DNA from: Bacteroidota bacterium | Lineage (GTDB): Bacteria > Bacteroidota > Bacteroidia > Bacteroidales > VadinHA17 | NCBI GenBank assembly: GCA_012838685.1 | Contig: DUOU01000136.1 | Location: forward strand, 1 to 39,240 | Direction of reading: 5' to 3' | DNA length: 39,240 nucleotides | In this document: positions 23,682-32,085 of the stretch, piece after piece | How the letters are laid out: the number at the start of each line of letters is the position of its first letter | Position numbering within the stretch: the first letter of the stretch is position 1 | Program-made: the position numbers and the translations under genes | The notes under the pieces: generated by a model | The model's database searches: none | What the model was told of the DNA's origin: nothing | Seen by the model: only the letters and a program-made list of their open reading frames with translations

Positions 23682-24731
23682 TTATTTGTTTGGACGCAGT
23701 TTTCTTACAGCTGCTCCTGTTTTCCAGAGTTCTGATTCGCGCATCTCCTTGAGTTCGGTCTCGAGAACCTCTCTATAGTTGGTCGCGCTGGTAGATTCGA
23801 GAACCCTTACGCACTCCTCGCCCGAGGATACTTTTCTGTAGAGTTCCTTGAATACGGGCAGGGTGGCTTCGCGGAACGGTCCCTTCCAGTCGAGGGCTCC
23901 TCTCTGAGCGGTAGCCGAGCAGTTGACGTACATGAAATCCATGCCTTTTTCATCGACCAGCCTGATGAGACTCTGTGTCAGTTCCTCAACAGTTTCGTTG
24001 AAAGCTTCGGAAGGGCTATGACCATTTTCGCGAAGTACCTGGTACTGTGCCTCTATGATACCTTCAAGAGCACCCATAAGAACGCCGCGTTCACCGGTAA
24101 GATCACTGTAAACCTCTTTCTCGAAGGTTGTTGGGAAGAGATATCCGGAGCCTACCGCTATACCGATAGCCAGTGTGCGCTCTTCAGCTCTTCCGGTAGC
24201 ATCCTGGAAAACAGCGTAGCTTGAATTGATGCCGGCACCCGCCAGAAAGTTCCTGCGAACGCTGGTACCCGAACCTTTCGGGGCTACGAGAATAACGTCA
24301 ACATCGGCCGGTGGGACAACGTTGGTATGCTCTTTATATGTGATCGAAAAACCATGCGAGAAGTAGAGGGCGTCGCCCTTCTTGAGATGTGGTTTTATTT
24401 TTGGCCACAGGATACGCTGCGCGGCATCGCTGACAAGATACATGATGATGGTGCCTTTAGCGGCCGCCTCTTCAACGGGGAAGAGAGTTTTGCCGGGAAC
24501 GAATCCGTCCTTTGCCGCCCTGTCCCAGTCAGCCTTAAATTCGGGAGCCTGACCAATGATAACATTTTTGATTCCGTTGTCTTTCATGTTCAAGGCCTGG
24601 GCAGGTCCCTGAACACCGTAGCCAATAACAGCTATTGTTTCGTTTTTAAGTACTTCGCGGGCTTTCTCGAGTGTAAACTCTTCTCTTGTTACAACATCTT
24701 CGAGAACTCCGCCAAAATCAATCTTTGCCAT
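23682..24731 (-). CDS. ilvC: Ketol-acid reductoisomerase
   Basis: It has the Rossmann motif IGYGVQGPAQALN, plus FSHGF and ERGVLMG. It is 349 aa. Confidence 0.95.
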   Translation of the reverse strand: MAKIDFGGVLEDVVTREEFTLEKAREVLKNETIAVIGYGVQGPAQALNMKDNGIKNVIIGQAPEFKADWDRAAKDGFVPGKTLFPVEEAAAKGTIIMYLVSDAAQRILWPKIKPHLKKGDALYFSHGFSITYKEHTNVVPPADVDVILVAPKGSGTSVRRNFLAGAGINSSYAVFQDATGRAEERTLAIGIAVGSGYLFPTTFEKEVYSDLTGERGVLMGALEGIIEAQYQVLRENGHSPSEAFNETVEELTQSLIRLVDEKGMDFMYVNCSATAQRGALDWKGPFREATLPVFKELYRKVSSGEECVRVLESTSATNYREVLETELKEMRESELWKTGAAVRKLRPNK

Positions 24732-24827
24732 ATTAAAAATTTTTAAGTGTATATTATTATGTTAATAGTTTAATCTCTTTTTAATCGCTTTTTGGATATC
24801 GCTTTTACCGACCCCGCGAATATATTA

Positions 24828-25394
24828 TTATTCCGTTATGTATGTAAGATCACGGGAATTTACGCTATTGGCTTCGTCCATCTCCATAAGGTAAGTGTTG
24901 AGTTCTTTGACCTGCTTGGTGATGGCCACCCTTCCGGAACGGGATACCTGGAGAAGACCGTACGTTGTAAGGTGATCCTGCAACTCTTTGAGATCATCTT
25001 CGTGGCCAGTTTTTTCCAGGACTATATATTCAGGAGTGATCTCAATGATACGGGCGTTATAGGTACGAACCACGTGATCTACGTTGTTTCCCTCAAGAAA
25101 ACTGCTTGCCGGCACTTTATAGAGCGCTATCTCCTGGTAAATAAGCTGGTCGGAAGTGTGGACAAAAACCTTGAGAACGTCAATGATCTTCTCCATCTGT
25201 TTGGCCACCTTGCTTATCATCTCATAAGTTGTCTTGACCACCAGGGTTATAAGGGAGACCCCCGCTACCGCCGTGGCGGAACATGTTATTGAGTCGATAT
25301 TGATCTGTCGGCGCGTCAGGATATTGGTTATCTGGTTAAAAATACCGATATGATCTTCCGTAAATATTGATATGGTAAATTCTTCTTTCATCAT
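24828..25394 (-). CDS. ilvN: Acetolactate synthase small (regulatory) subunit
   Basis: It has an ACT-domain start FTISIFTEDHIGIFNQITNILTRRQINIDSI and lies directly downstream of ilvB. Confidence 0.85.
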   Translation of the reverse strand: MMKEEFTISIFTEDHIGIFNQITNILTRRQINIDSITCSATAVAGVSLITLVVKTTYEMISKVAKQMEKIIDVLKVFVHTSDQLIYQEIALYKVPASSFLEGNNVDHVVRTYNARIIEITPEYIVLEKTGHEDDLKELQDHLTTYGLLQVSRSGRVAITKQVKELNTYLMEMDEANSVNSRDLTYITE

Positions 25395-25503
25395 AATATA
25401 ATTTTGGTTTTAATGGTATGATGGAACCGCGCATGATTGAAAATTATATTCATTACCTGTTTGTGATTCGCGAAATCATGAGGGTTTTCATCTTCTTAAA
25501 TTT

Positions 25504-27216
25504 TTATTCATGAGTTAATGTTACCTCTGATACTGAAGCTCCGGTGACTACCATGGGCAGCACCTTGCTTTCCGGTTCAACCATAACTTCAAGCAGGAAC
25601 GGACCTTCGCTTTTTATCATTTTAGCCACGGCTTCGGAAAGATCTTCTCTCTTGTCGACCCTTGCGGAGGGAACAGAGTATGCCTCCGCGATTTTCATGA
25701 AATCGGGGTTTACCATTTCGGTAGCCGAATATCTTTTGTCGAAGAACATCTCCTGCCATTGGCGCACCATGCCCAGCCATCCGTTGTTGAGGAGGACTAT
25801 CTTGACCGGTACGCAGAAATGCAGTATCGTTCCCAGCTCCTGGATGGTCATTTGGAACCCTCCATCGCCCGTAAAAAGGACGACCTCTTTGTCGGGCCGG
25901 CCAATTTTTGCCCCAATGGCCGCGGGCAGTCCGAATCCCATCGTGCCCATACCACCCGAGGTTACCAGTGAATTGGGCTCACTGAACCTGTAATATCTGG
26001 CGGCCACCATCTGGTTCTGTCCCACATCGGTCACAACTATGGCGTTTCCATCGGTAAGTTCCGAAACACTCCTTACAACCTCACCCATGGTAATATTGCC
26101 CGATTCGGGATACAGTTCTCCTTTTATGACCAGATCGTTCTCCTTTTTGTCGCATATCTTGAACTCCCTGATCCATGAGTCGTAGCTCTTCTCCTCTATG
26201 GCTTCCGTCAGTTTTTTTAACGCCTCTTTGGCATCGGCATGGATCTCCACATCGGCTACAACATTTTTGTTGATCTCCGCCTGGTCTATCTCCACATGTA
26301 TTATTCTTGCCTGTTTGGCATATTTTTTCAGATTCCCTGTTACCCTGTCGTCGAACCTCATGCCCACGGCGATAATAAGGTCGGCTTGATTTGTCAGCAG
26401 GTTGGGGCCATAATTGCCGTGCATCCCCAGAAGACCGGCATAAAGACGGTGGTTGGTAGGGAAGCAAGATAGACCCAGAAGGGTGACGGCAACGGGGATA
26501 CCCGACTTCTCCGCGAAAGCCTCCAACTCTTTTTCGGCGCCGGAGAGCAACACTCCGTGACCGGCAAGTATCAGAGGTTTTTCAGAGTGGTTTATCAATA
26601 CCGAAGCCGATTCAATAGCTCTCTGTTTAATAGGTATGTTGGGGTTATAACTCCTTATAAGGGTACATTTCTTATAAGAGTATTCCGTCATATTTGTCTG
26701 GGCGTCTTTGGCGATATCTATCAGAACGGGTCCTTTTCTGCCCGTGTTGGCTATATAGAAAGCCTTCGCTACCGCCTCGGATATCTTGTCGGCCGAGTTT
26801 ACCTGGCAATTCCATTTGGTAACAGGCATGGAGGCACCCAGAATATCTGTCTCCTGGAAAGCATCGGTGCCGATCAGGCCGGAAGCTACCTGGGCCGAAA
26901 TAAACACCATAGGCACGGAGTCGAGATATGCGTTGGCTATTCCCGTGATAAGATTTGTGGCTCCGGGTCCTGATGTCGCGAAGCATACTCCCGGCTTTTT
27001 CGTGACCATGGCGTAAGCCTGGGCGGCGTGCGCGGCACCCTGTTCGTGACGTGTCAGTATGTGACGGATCTTATCGGAATAATCCAAAAGCTTGTCGTAT
27101 ACGGGCATGATAGCCCCCCCGGGGTAGCCGAATATCGTGTCAACACCCTCCTCTATAAGACTTCTCAACAGCGCGTCGGCTCCTGTTATCTTTTCCACTT
27201 CTTTCATGTTGTTCAT
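25504..27216 (-). CDS. ilvB: Acetolactate synthase large subunit (ThDP-dependent)
   Basis: It has [22 protein letters not shown] and [17 protein letters not shown]...GDGGFQM (the ThDP motif). Confidence 0.95.
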   Translation of the reverse strand: MNNMKEVEKITGADALLRSLIEEGVDTIFGYPGGAIMPVYDKLLDYSDKIRHILTRHEQGAAHAAQAYAMVTKKPGVCFATSGPGATNLITGIANAYLDSVPMVFISAQVASGLIGTDAFQETDILGASMPVTKWNCQVNSADKISEAVAKAFYIANTGRKGPVLIDIAKDAQTNMTEYSYKKCTLIRSYNPNIPIKQRAIESASVLINHSEKPLILAGHGVLLSGAEKELEAFAEKSGIPVAVTLLGLSCFPTNHRLYAGLLGMHGNYGPNLLTNQADLIIAVGMRFDDRVTGNLKKYAKQARIIHVEIDQAEINKNVVADVEIHADAKEALKKLTEAIEEKSYDSWIREFKICDKKENDLVIKGELYPESGNITMGEVVRSVSELTDGNAIVVTDVGQNQMVAARYYRFSEPNSLVTSGGMGTMGFGLPAAIGAKIGRPDKEVVLFTGDGGFQMTIQELGTILHFCVPVKIVLLNNGWLGMVRQWQEMFFDKRYSATEMVNPDFMKIAEAYSVPSARVDKREDLSEAVAKMIKSEGPFLLEVMVEPESKVLPMVVTGASVSEVTLTHE

Positions 27217-27245
27217 GCTATATCTTTATCTGGTTGTTTCTATTT

Positions 27246-29069
27246 TTATTCAATAATTCTTACCGCTCCGGAGTCGGCCGAACTGACATTGGCGGCGTAT
27301 GCCCTCAATGAGGCGGGGACTATCCTGTTCCTCTTCTTCGGCTTATATGGAAGCGGAGATGATTTTTCAGCCTTCTCCCTGTCTTTTAACTCCTGGTCAC
27401 TGACTCTCACGTTAATCGCTCTTTTGGGTATGTCGATGTCAATTATGTCGCCATCCTTCACCAGCGCTATAGGCCCTTTGTTGGCCGCTTCGGGTGAAAC
27501 GTGTCCTATTGATAGTCCGGAGGTGCCACCCGAGAATCTGCCATCGGTTATCAAGGCACATTTTTTACCAAGACCTTTGGATTTCAGGAACGAGGTAGGG
27601 TAGAGCATCTCCTGCATACCGGGACCTCCTTTTGGCCCTTCATAGCGGATAACCACAACTTGTCCGGCCTGAACTTTACCGCCCAGTATACCCTCAACGG
27701 CATCTTCCTGCGATTCAAAGACAATAGCGGGGCCACTGAAGGTAAACAACGTTTCATCAACCCCGGCGGTTTTCACTATACACCCCTTTTCGGCGATATT
27801 GCCGTAGAGTACCGCCAATCCCCCGTCCTTGTTGTAGGCGTGTTCATAATCCCTTATGCAGCCATTGGCGGCGTCCCTGTCCAGTTCGGTATACATCGTA
27901 TCGTGGAATCCCATCGTGTTGTTCCTTACCGTTGAAGGGGCGGAATAATAGATATTGTTGGCCTCATCAGTGGCTTTACCACCTCTTATGTCGTAGTCAG
28001 CTATCGCTTCGGCCAGTGAAGGGTAGTCCACTCTCTTTACCGAGGTGTCCAGCAGGTTTTGGCGATCAAGTTCGCCCATGATGGTCATGATGCCACCGGC
28101 ACGGTTCACATCCTGTATATGATAATGGCTGCTGGGAGATACCTTGCATATGTGCGGCACTTTTCTGGACAAAGCGTCAATATCTTTCATAGTAAAGTCG
28201 ACGCCGGCTTCACGCGCTATCGCCAACAGGTGGAGAACAGTGTTTGTCGAGCCGCCCATGGCTATGTCAAGCGACATGGAATTCATGAACGCGGCTTTTG
28301 TGGCTATAGAGAGTGGCAGCACCGAGTGGTCACCCTCATTGTAATAACGGTAAGCGTTTTCAACTATAAGCTTCGCCGCTTTTATGAATAGTTTATAACG
28401 GTTCTCATGGGTGGCCAGGAGTGTTCCGTTGCCCGGCAAAGCCAATCCCAGCGCCTCGTTCAGACAGTTCATGGAGTTGGCTGTGAACATACCGGAACAA
28501 GACCCGCAAGTGGGACAAGCGGCTTTCTCTATTTTATCAAGTTCCTCGTCCGTTACCTTTGGGTCGGCTCCATCAACCATAATATCAATAAGATCCAGTT
28601 GTCTGTTTCCGAGCACTCCCGCCTCCATGGGGCCTCCGGAGACAAAAACGGCAGGTATGTTCAACCTCATTGCCGCCATTAGCATCCCGGGGGTAATCTT
28701 GTCGCAGTTGCTTATACAGATCATGGCGTCGGCCCTGTGGGCGTTTACCATATACTCAACACTGTCGGCTATCAGTTCGCGCGACGGCAATGAATACAAC
28801 ATTCCGTCGTGGCCCATGGCTATGCCATCATCTATCGCTATGGTGTTGAATTCCGCCGCGAAACATCCCAGTTTTTCGATCTCAGCCTTCACTATCTGGC
28901 CAATTTCGTGCAGATGTACATGTCCCGGTACAAATTGGGTAAATGAATTTGCTATGGCAATGATCGGTTTTCCAAAATGTTCGTCTCTCATGCCGTTGGC
29001 GCGCCACAGTCCCCTCGCTCCGGCCATGGTCCTCCCTTTTGTGTTGGTTTCGCTTCTTAATGGTATCAT
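27246..29069 (-). CDS. ilvD: Dihydroxy-acid dehydratase
   Basis: It has [28 protein letters not shown] and [22 protein letters not shown]. Confidence 0.95.
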   Translation of the reverse strand: MIPLRSETNTKGRTMAGARGLWRANGMRDEHFGKPIIAIANSFTQFVPGHVHLHEIGQIVKAEIEKLGCFAAEFNTIAIDDGIAMGHDGMLYSLPSRELIADSVEYMVNAHRADAMICISNCDKITPGMLMAAMRLNIPAVFVSGGPMEAGVLGNRQLDLIDIMVDGADPKVTDEELDKIEKAACPTCGSCSGMFTANSMNCLNEALGLALPGNGTLLATHENRYKLFIKAAKLIVENAYRYYNEGDHSVLPLSIATKAAFMNSMSLDIAMGGSTNTVLHLLAIAREAGVDFTMKDIDALSRKVPHICKVSPSSHYHIQDVNRAGGIMTIMGELDRQNLLDTSVKRVDYPSLAEAIADYDIRGGKATDEANNIYYSAPSTVRNNTMGFHDTMYTELDRDAANGCIRDYEHAYNKDGGLAVLYGNIAEKGCIVKTAGVDETLFTFSGPAIVFESQEDAVEGILGGKVQAGQVVVIRYEGPKGGPGMQEMLYPTSFLKSKGLGKKCALITDGRFSGGTSGLSIGHVSPEAANKGPIALVKDGDIIDIDIPKRAINVRVSDQELKDREKAEKSSPLPYKPKKRNRIVPASLRAYAANVSSADSGAVRIIE

Positions 29070-29135
29070 TTGTAAAAACTTTCTTTTTTGGTCCGCAATG
29101 TTAATCTAAAAATCTGTTTATATCTCCATTTAATT

Positions 29136-29165
29136 AAAAAAGGCCTGCCAGTTATCCGGCAAGCC
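29136..29165 (-). terminator. Attenuator terminator between the leader peptide and ilvD
   Basis: The minus strand reads GGCTTGCCGG-ataa-CTGGCAGGCC, a 10-bp stem with 2 G-U pairs, followed by TTTTTT. It lies 34 nt after the leader stop codon and 66 nt before the ilvD ATG. Confidence 0.7.
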
Positions 29166-29199
29166 CTTGTATATTAACATAATACATATCACTCCCGGA

Positions 29200-29259
29200 T
29201 CAGGCGCAGGGCACCACGATTAGTACGAGAACCAGAATATGTATCAAAACAATTCCCAT
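29200..29259 (-). CDS. ilv-leu operon leader peptide, 19 aa (MGIVLIHILVLVLIVVPCA)
   Basis: It is not in the ORF track because it is too short. The minus strand reads ATG GGA ATT GTT TTG ATA CAT ATT CTG GTT CTC GTA CTA ATC GTG GTG CCC TGC GCC TGA. 13 of 19 codons are Ile, Leu or Val, and a terminator hairpin follows. Confidence 0.75.
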   Translation of the reverse strand: MGIVLIHILVLVLIVVPCA

Positions 29260-29280
29260 AGGTCATTAAAATTCGACGCA

Positions 29281-29310
29281 CAAAATTACTCCTTTTTTTT
29301 CAATCTCAAA
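29281..29310 (-). promoter_or_regulatory. Candidate Bacteroidota-type promoter (TTTG ... TAnnTTTG) for the leader and ilv-leu operon
   Basis: The minus strand has TTTG (29310-29307), an 18-nt spacer, then TAATTTTG (29288-29281). This lies about 20 nt upstream of the leader ATG. Confidence 0.4.
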
Positions 29311-29368
29311 CAAAAAGCAGGTTTTTTTGAAAAAAATCGTATTTACGGGGCGATAACCATTTTTTGTA

Positions 29369-30835
29369 TTGCATATATTCGCGGGAAACAATGGCATTGC
29401 TATGATCACATTTTTCGCGGGTATTTCTATTCTTATCCTTGGGGGAATCTACTATTCCAAGATTATTGAAAAGATAGAGGGGGTAAAGGCCGAAAGGCGA
29501 ACACCTGCCTACAGGATGGAGGATGGGGTAGATTACATTCCGCTTCCCTGGTGGAAAGTCTTTTTGATACAATTTCTGAATATAGCCGGATTGGGTCCGA
29601 TTTTCGGGGCGATTGCCGGGGCAATGTGGGGCCCGGTCGCTTTTATCTGGATAATTTTTGGATCTATTTTTGGCGGGGCGGTACACGACTATTTTTCCGG
29701 GATGATATCGTTGAGGCACAATGGGATGTCGATTACCGAGATTATAGGGGCATATCTCGGGACCCCTACCAAAATATTTATGAGGTTTTTCACCATATTC
29801 CTTATGGTGCTGGTGGGGGCGGTATTTGTAACGGGGCCGGCGGGGATTCTGGGAAATATTACCGCGAACAGTATATCTGTAACAACTTGGGTATGGATAA
29901 TATTTATCTATTATTTCATGGCGACCATGATGCCGATAGACAAGATAATAGGAAGGATTTACCCGATTTTTGGGTTTGTCCTTTTGACAATGGCACTGGC
30001 TATTTTGGTCGCCCTGTTCGCCAAAGGTTACAAGATACCGGAGATTACCCTTGCCAACTTGCACTTTAACAGGGAGAGTTATCCGATATTCCCCATGATG
30101 TTCGTAACCATAGCCTGTGGAGCCGTTTCAGGTTTTCACTCCACACAGTCGCCCATGATGGCGCGCTGTCTAAAAAATGAAAAAGAGGGGAGGGCCGTTT
30201 TTTACGGAGCGATGCTGACAGAAGCGATAGTCGCGATGATTTGGGCCGCTATTGGCATGGCTTTTTATGGAGGGGTAAAGGGGTTGAACGAGGTGATGGT
30301 GGCGAATGGGGGACAGGCAGCGATAATTGTCAGTGATATATCTTTATCATTATTGGGTAAAATAGGGGGAGTCCTTGTTATGATAGGCGTGGTAATAGCT
30401 CCCATAACCACGGGAGATACCGCTTTCCGCAGTTCAAGGCTCATAGTGGCCGATTTTATGAAATATGATCAGGGGCCGATAAAAAACAGGCTATTGGTGT
30501 CCATACCTCTTTTCGCCCTGGGGATTTTCATAACACAGATAGATTTCGATGTTTTGTGGAGGTATATGGCATGGACAAACCAGACACTATCTGTGTTCGT
30601 TTTCTGGGCTATTACCGTTTATCTCGTTCAACGGGGCAAATGTTATTGGGTGGCGCTGGTGCCGGCGCTGTTCATGACAGGGGTATGCACAACATATATA
30701 TTATTCGCGCCGGAGGGCTTTTCCCTTCCCGCGACAATATCATATTCAGTCGCTATGGTTGTCGTTATAGCGGCGATAGCAATTTTCCGGAACTATACGC
30801 GAAAGAGGGGAGCATTCAACTCAAAACTCAAATAG
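29369..30835 (+). CDS. cstA: Carbon starvation protein CstA family transporter
   Basis: It has WWKVFLIQFLNIAGLGPIFGAIAGAMWGP, GGAVHDYFSGM and many TM segments. The start may instead be ATG 29402 (MITFFAG...). Confidence 0.85.
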   Translation: MHIFAGNNGIAMITFFAGISILILGGIYYSKIIEKIEGVKAERRTPAYRMEDGVDYIPLPWWKVFLIQFLNIAGLGPIFGAIAGAMWGPVAFIWIIFGSIFGGAVHDYFSGMISLRHNGMSITEIIGAYLGTPTKIFMRFFTIFLMVLVGAVFVTGPAGILGNITANSISVTTWVWIIFIYYFMATMMPIDKIIGRIYPIFGFVLLTMALAILVALFAKGYKIPEITLANLHFNRESYPIFPMMFVTIACGAVSGFHSTQSPMMARCLKNEKEGRAVFYGAMLTEAIVAMIWAAIGMAFYGGVKGLNEVMVANGGQAAIIVSDISLSLLGKIGGVLVMIGVVIAPITTGDTAFRSSRLIVADFMKYDQGPIKNRLLVSIPLFALGIFITQIDFDVLWRYMAWTNQTLSVFVFWAITVYLVQRGKCYWVALVPALFMTGVCTTYILFAPEGFSLPATISYSVAMVVVIAAIAIFRNYTRKRGAFNSKLK

Positions 30836-30906
30836 ACATGAACCAAAAATCCCAAACCACGTCGAATAGGTGGCTTGGGATTAAAACAAAATTCTCTTTT
30901 GTTCCG

Positions 30907-30980
30907 CTCCCCAGGTAAGGCTCGAACTTACGACCTACGGATTAACAGTCCGCCGCTCTGACCAACTGAGCTACTGAGGA
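30907..30980 (-). tRNA. tRNA-Asn: tRNA-Asn (anticodon GTT)
   Basis: A 74-nt cloverleaf folded by hand. The acceptor stem is TCCTCAG/CTGGGGA, the D stem GCTC/GAGC, the anticodon stem GCGGA/TCCGT with loop CTGTTAA, and the T stem GTAAG/CTTAC with loop TTCGAGC. CCA is not encoded. Confidence 0.9.
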
Positions 30981-31097
30981 ATTTATGGTCTATGCCTTTT
31001 TGCGTGGCAAAGGTAAGGAGATTTCTTAAATTCGCAATATATTTATCGAAAAATATATTCAAAAAAGCTAAAGGCAAAAAAACAATAAAAGTATATT

Positions 31098-32084
31098 ATG
31101 AAAAGAGTTATAGGTATTGGAAATGCGCTTGTGGACGTGATAACAAAAATTGATGATGACAGCTTGTTGTCGGAACTCGGATTGCCCAAAGGGAGCATGC
31201 AACTTGTTGACATGGAAAAGTCGGCCGCCATAAAGTCGAGAACGAAATGTTTTGGTCCGGCTTACTCCGCGGGCGGTTCGGCCGCCAATACGGTACACGG
31301 GCTTGGAATGTTGGGCCTTAATCCGGGATATATAGGCAAAGTTGGCAAGGATACGGACGGCGACTATTTTGACGGTGACATGCGAAGGGGCGGAGTGGAG
31401 AATATTCTGTACCGTTCCGCGACGCCCACGGGAACCTCAACGGTATTGGTGTCGCCCGATTCAGAGCGCACGATGGCCACACATTTGGGCGCGGCCGTGG
31501 AGATCAACGCTGATGAGATATATGATGGGATTTTCGATGGGTATGATATTCTCTATCTTGAAGGGTATCTTGTTCCGGATAATGAGCTGATAAAACGGCT
31601 CTGCGGTCTGGCAAAAGAGAAAGGGATGGAGATAGCCATAGATATGGCAAGTTACAACATTGTGGAGGAAAACCTCGCGTTCTTCAGGGAGATAGCCGAT
31701 AAATATGTCGATATCCTTTTCGCTAACGAAGATGAGGCCAGGGCGTTCACCGGAGAGGAGGCCGACAGGGCAGTGGATATGATAGCCGGGGTTTGTTCCA
31801 TAGCGGTTGTGAAGACCGGCAGCAGGGGATCGTTGATACGTCGCGGCGAAGAGCGTTTAATGATAGGGGCAATGGCAGGAGAGTGCGTTGATACCACGGG
31901 GGCAGGCGACCTTTACGCCGCAGGTTTTCTTTACGGTTACGCGAATGGCCTGAACCTTGAGAAATGCGGATTGCTCGGAACCCTTCTGGCCGGTAACGTG
32001 ATATGCGCTGTTGGCGCCAAAATGGACGAAAACAGATGGGCGACAATCCGTCGCAACGTAGTTGAAATTGAAAAGATGGAATAG
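31098..32084 (+). CDS. PfkB-family carbohydrate/nucleoside kinase (adenosine-kinase-like)
   Basis: It has GIGNALVDV, GGSAANT and DTTGAGDLYAAGFLYG (PfkB signature 2). Confidence 0.8.
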   Translation: MKRVIGIGNALVDVITKIDDDSLLSELGLPKGSMQLVDMEKSAAIKSRTKCFGPAYSAGGSAANTVHGLGMLGLNPGYIGKVGKDTDGDYFDGDMRRGGVENILYRSATPTGTSTVLVSPDSERTMATHLGAAVEINADEIYDGIFDGYDILYLEGYLVPDNELIKRLCGLAKEKGMEIAIDMASYNIVEENLAFFREIADKYVDILFANEDEARAFTGEEADRAVDMIAGVCSIAVVKTGSRGSLIRRGEERLMIGAMAGECVDTTGAGDLYAAGFLYGYANGLNLEKCGLLGTLLAGNVICAVGAKMDENRWATIRRNVVEIEKME

Positions 32085-32085
32085 A

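Noticed and set aside
17336-29109. Numerous antisense or alternative-frame ORFs across the leu/ilv genes (for example 28411-29109 at 232 aa, 27028-27603 at 191 aa, 18898-19449 at 183 aa)
   Set aside because: The minus-strand frames encode unmistakable LeuA/B/C/D and IlvB/C/D/N enzymes. The overlapping ORFs are by-products of about 50% GC and codon bias.
29239-29469. A 76-aa plus-strand ORF in the ilvD-cstA intergenic region
   Set aside because: It spans the leader peptide and promoter on the opposite strand and runs into the cstA start. The sequence is better explained by those elements.
29306-30064. A 252-aa minus-strand ORF, and the 172-aa plus-strand ORF at 29551-30069
   Set aside because: Both are nested in the cstA gene, whose transporter motifs are clear. 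Their products are low-complexity (R/P/Y/H/K-rich) with no recognisable features.
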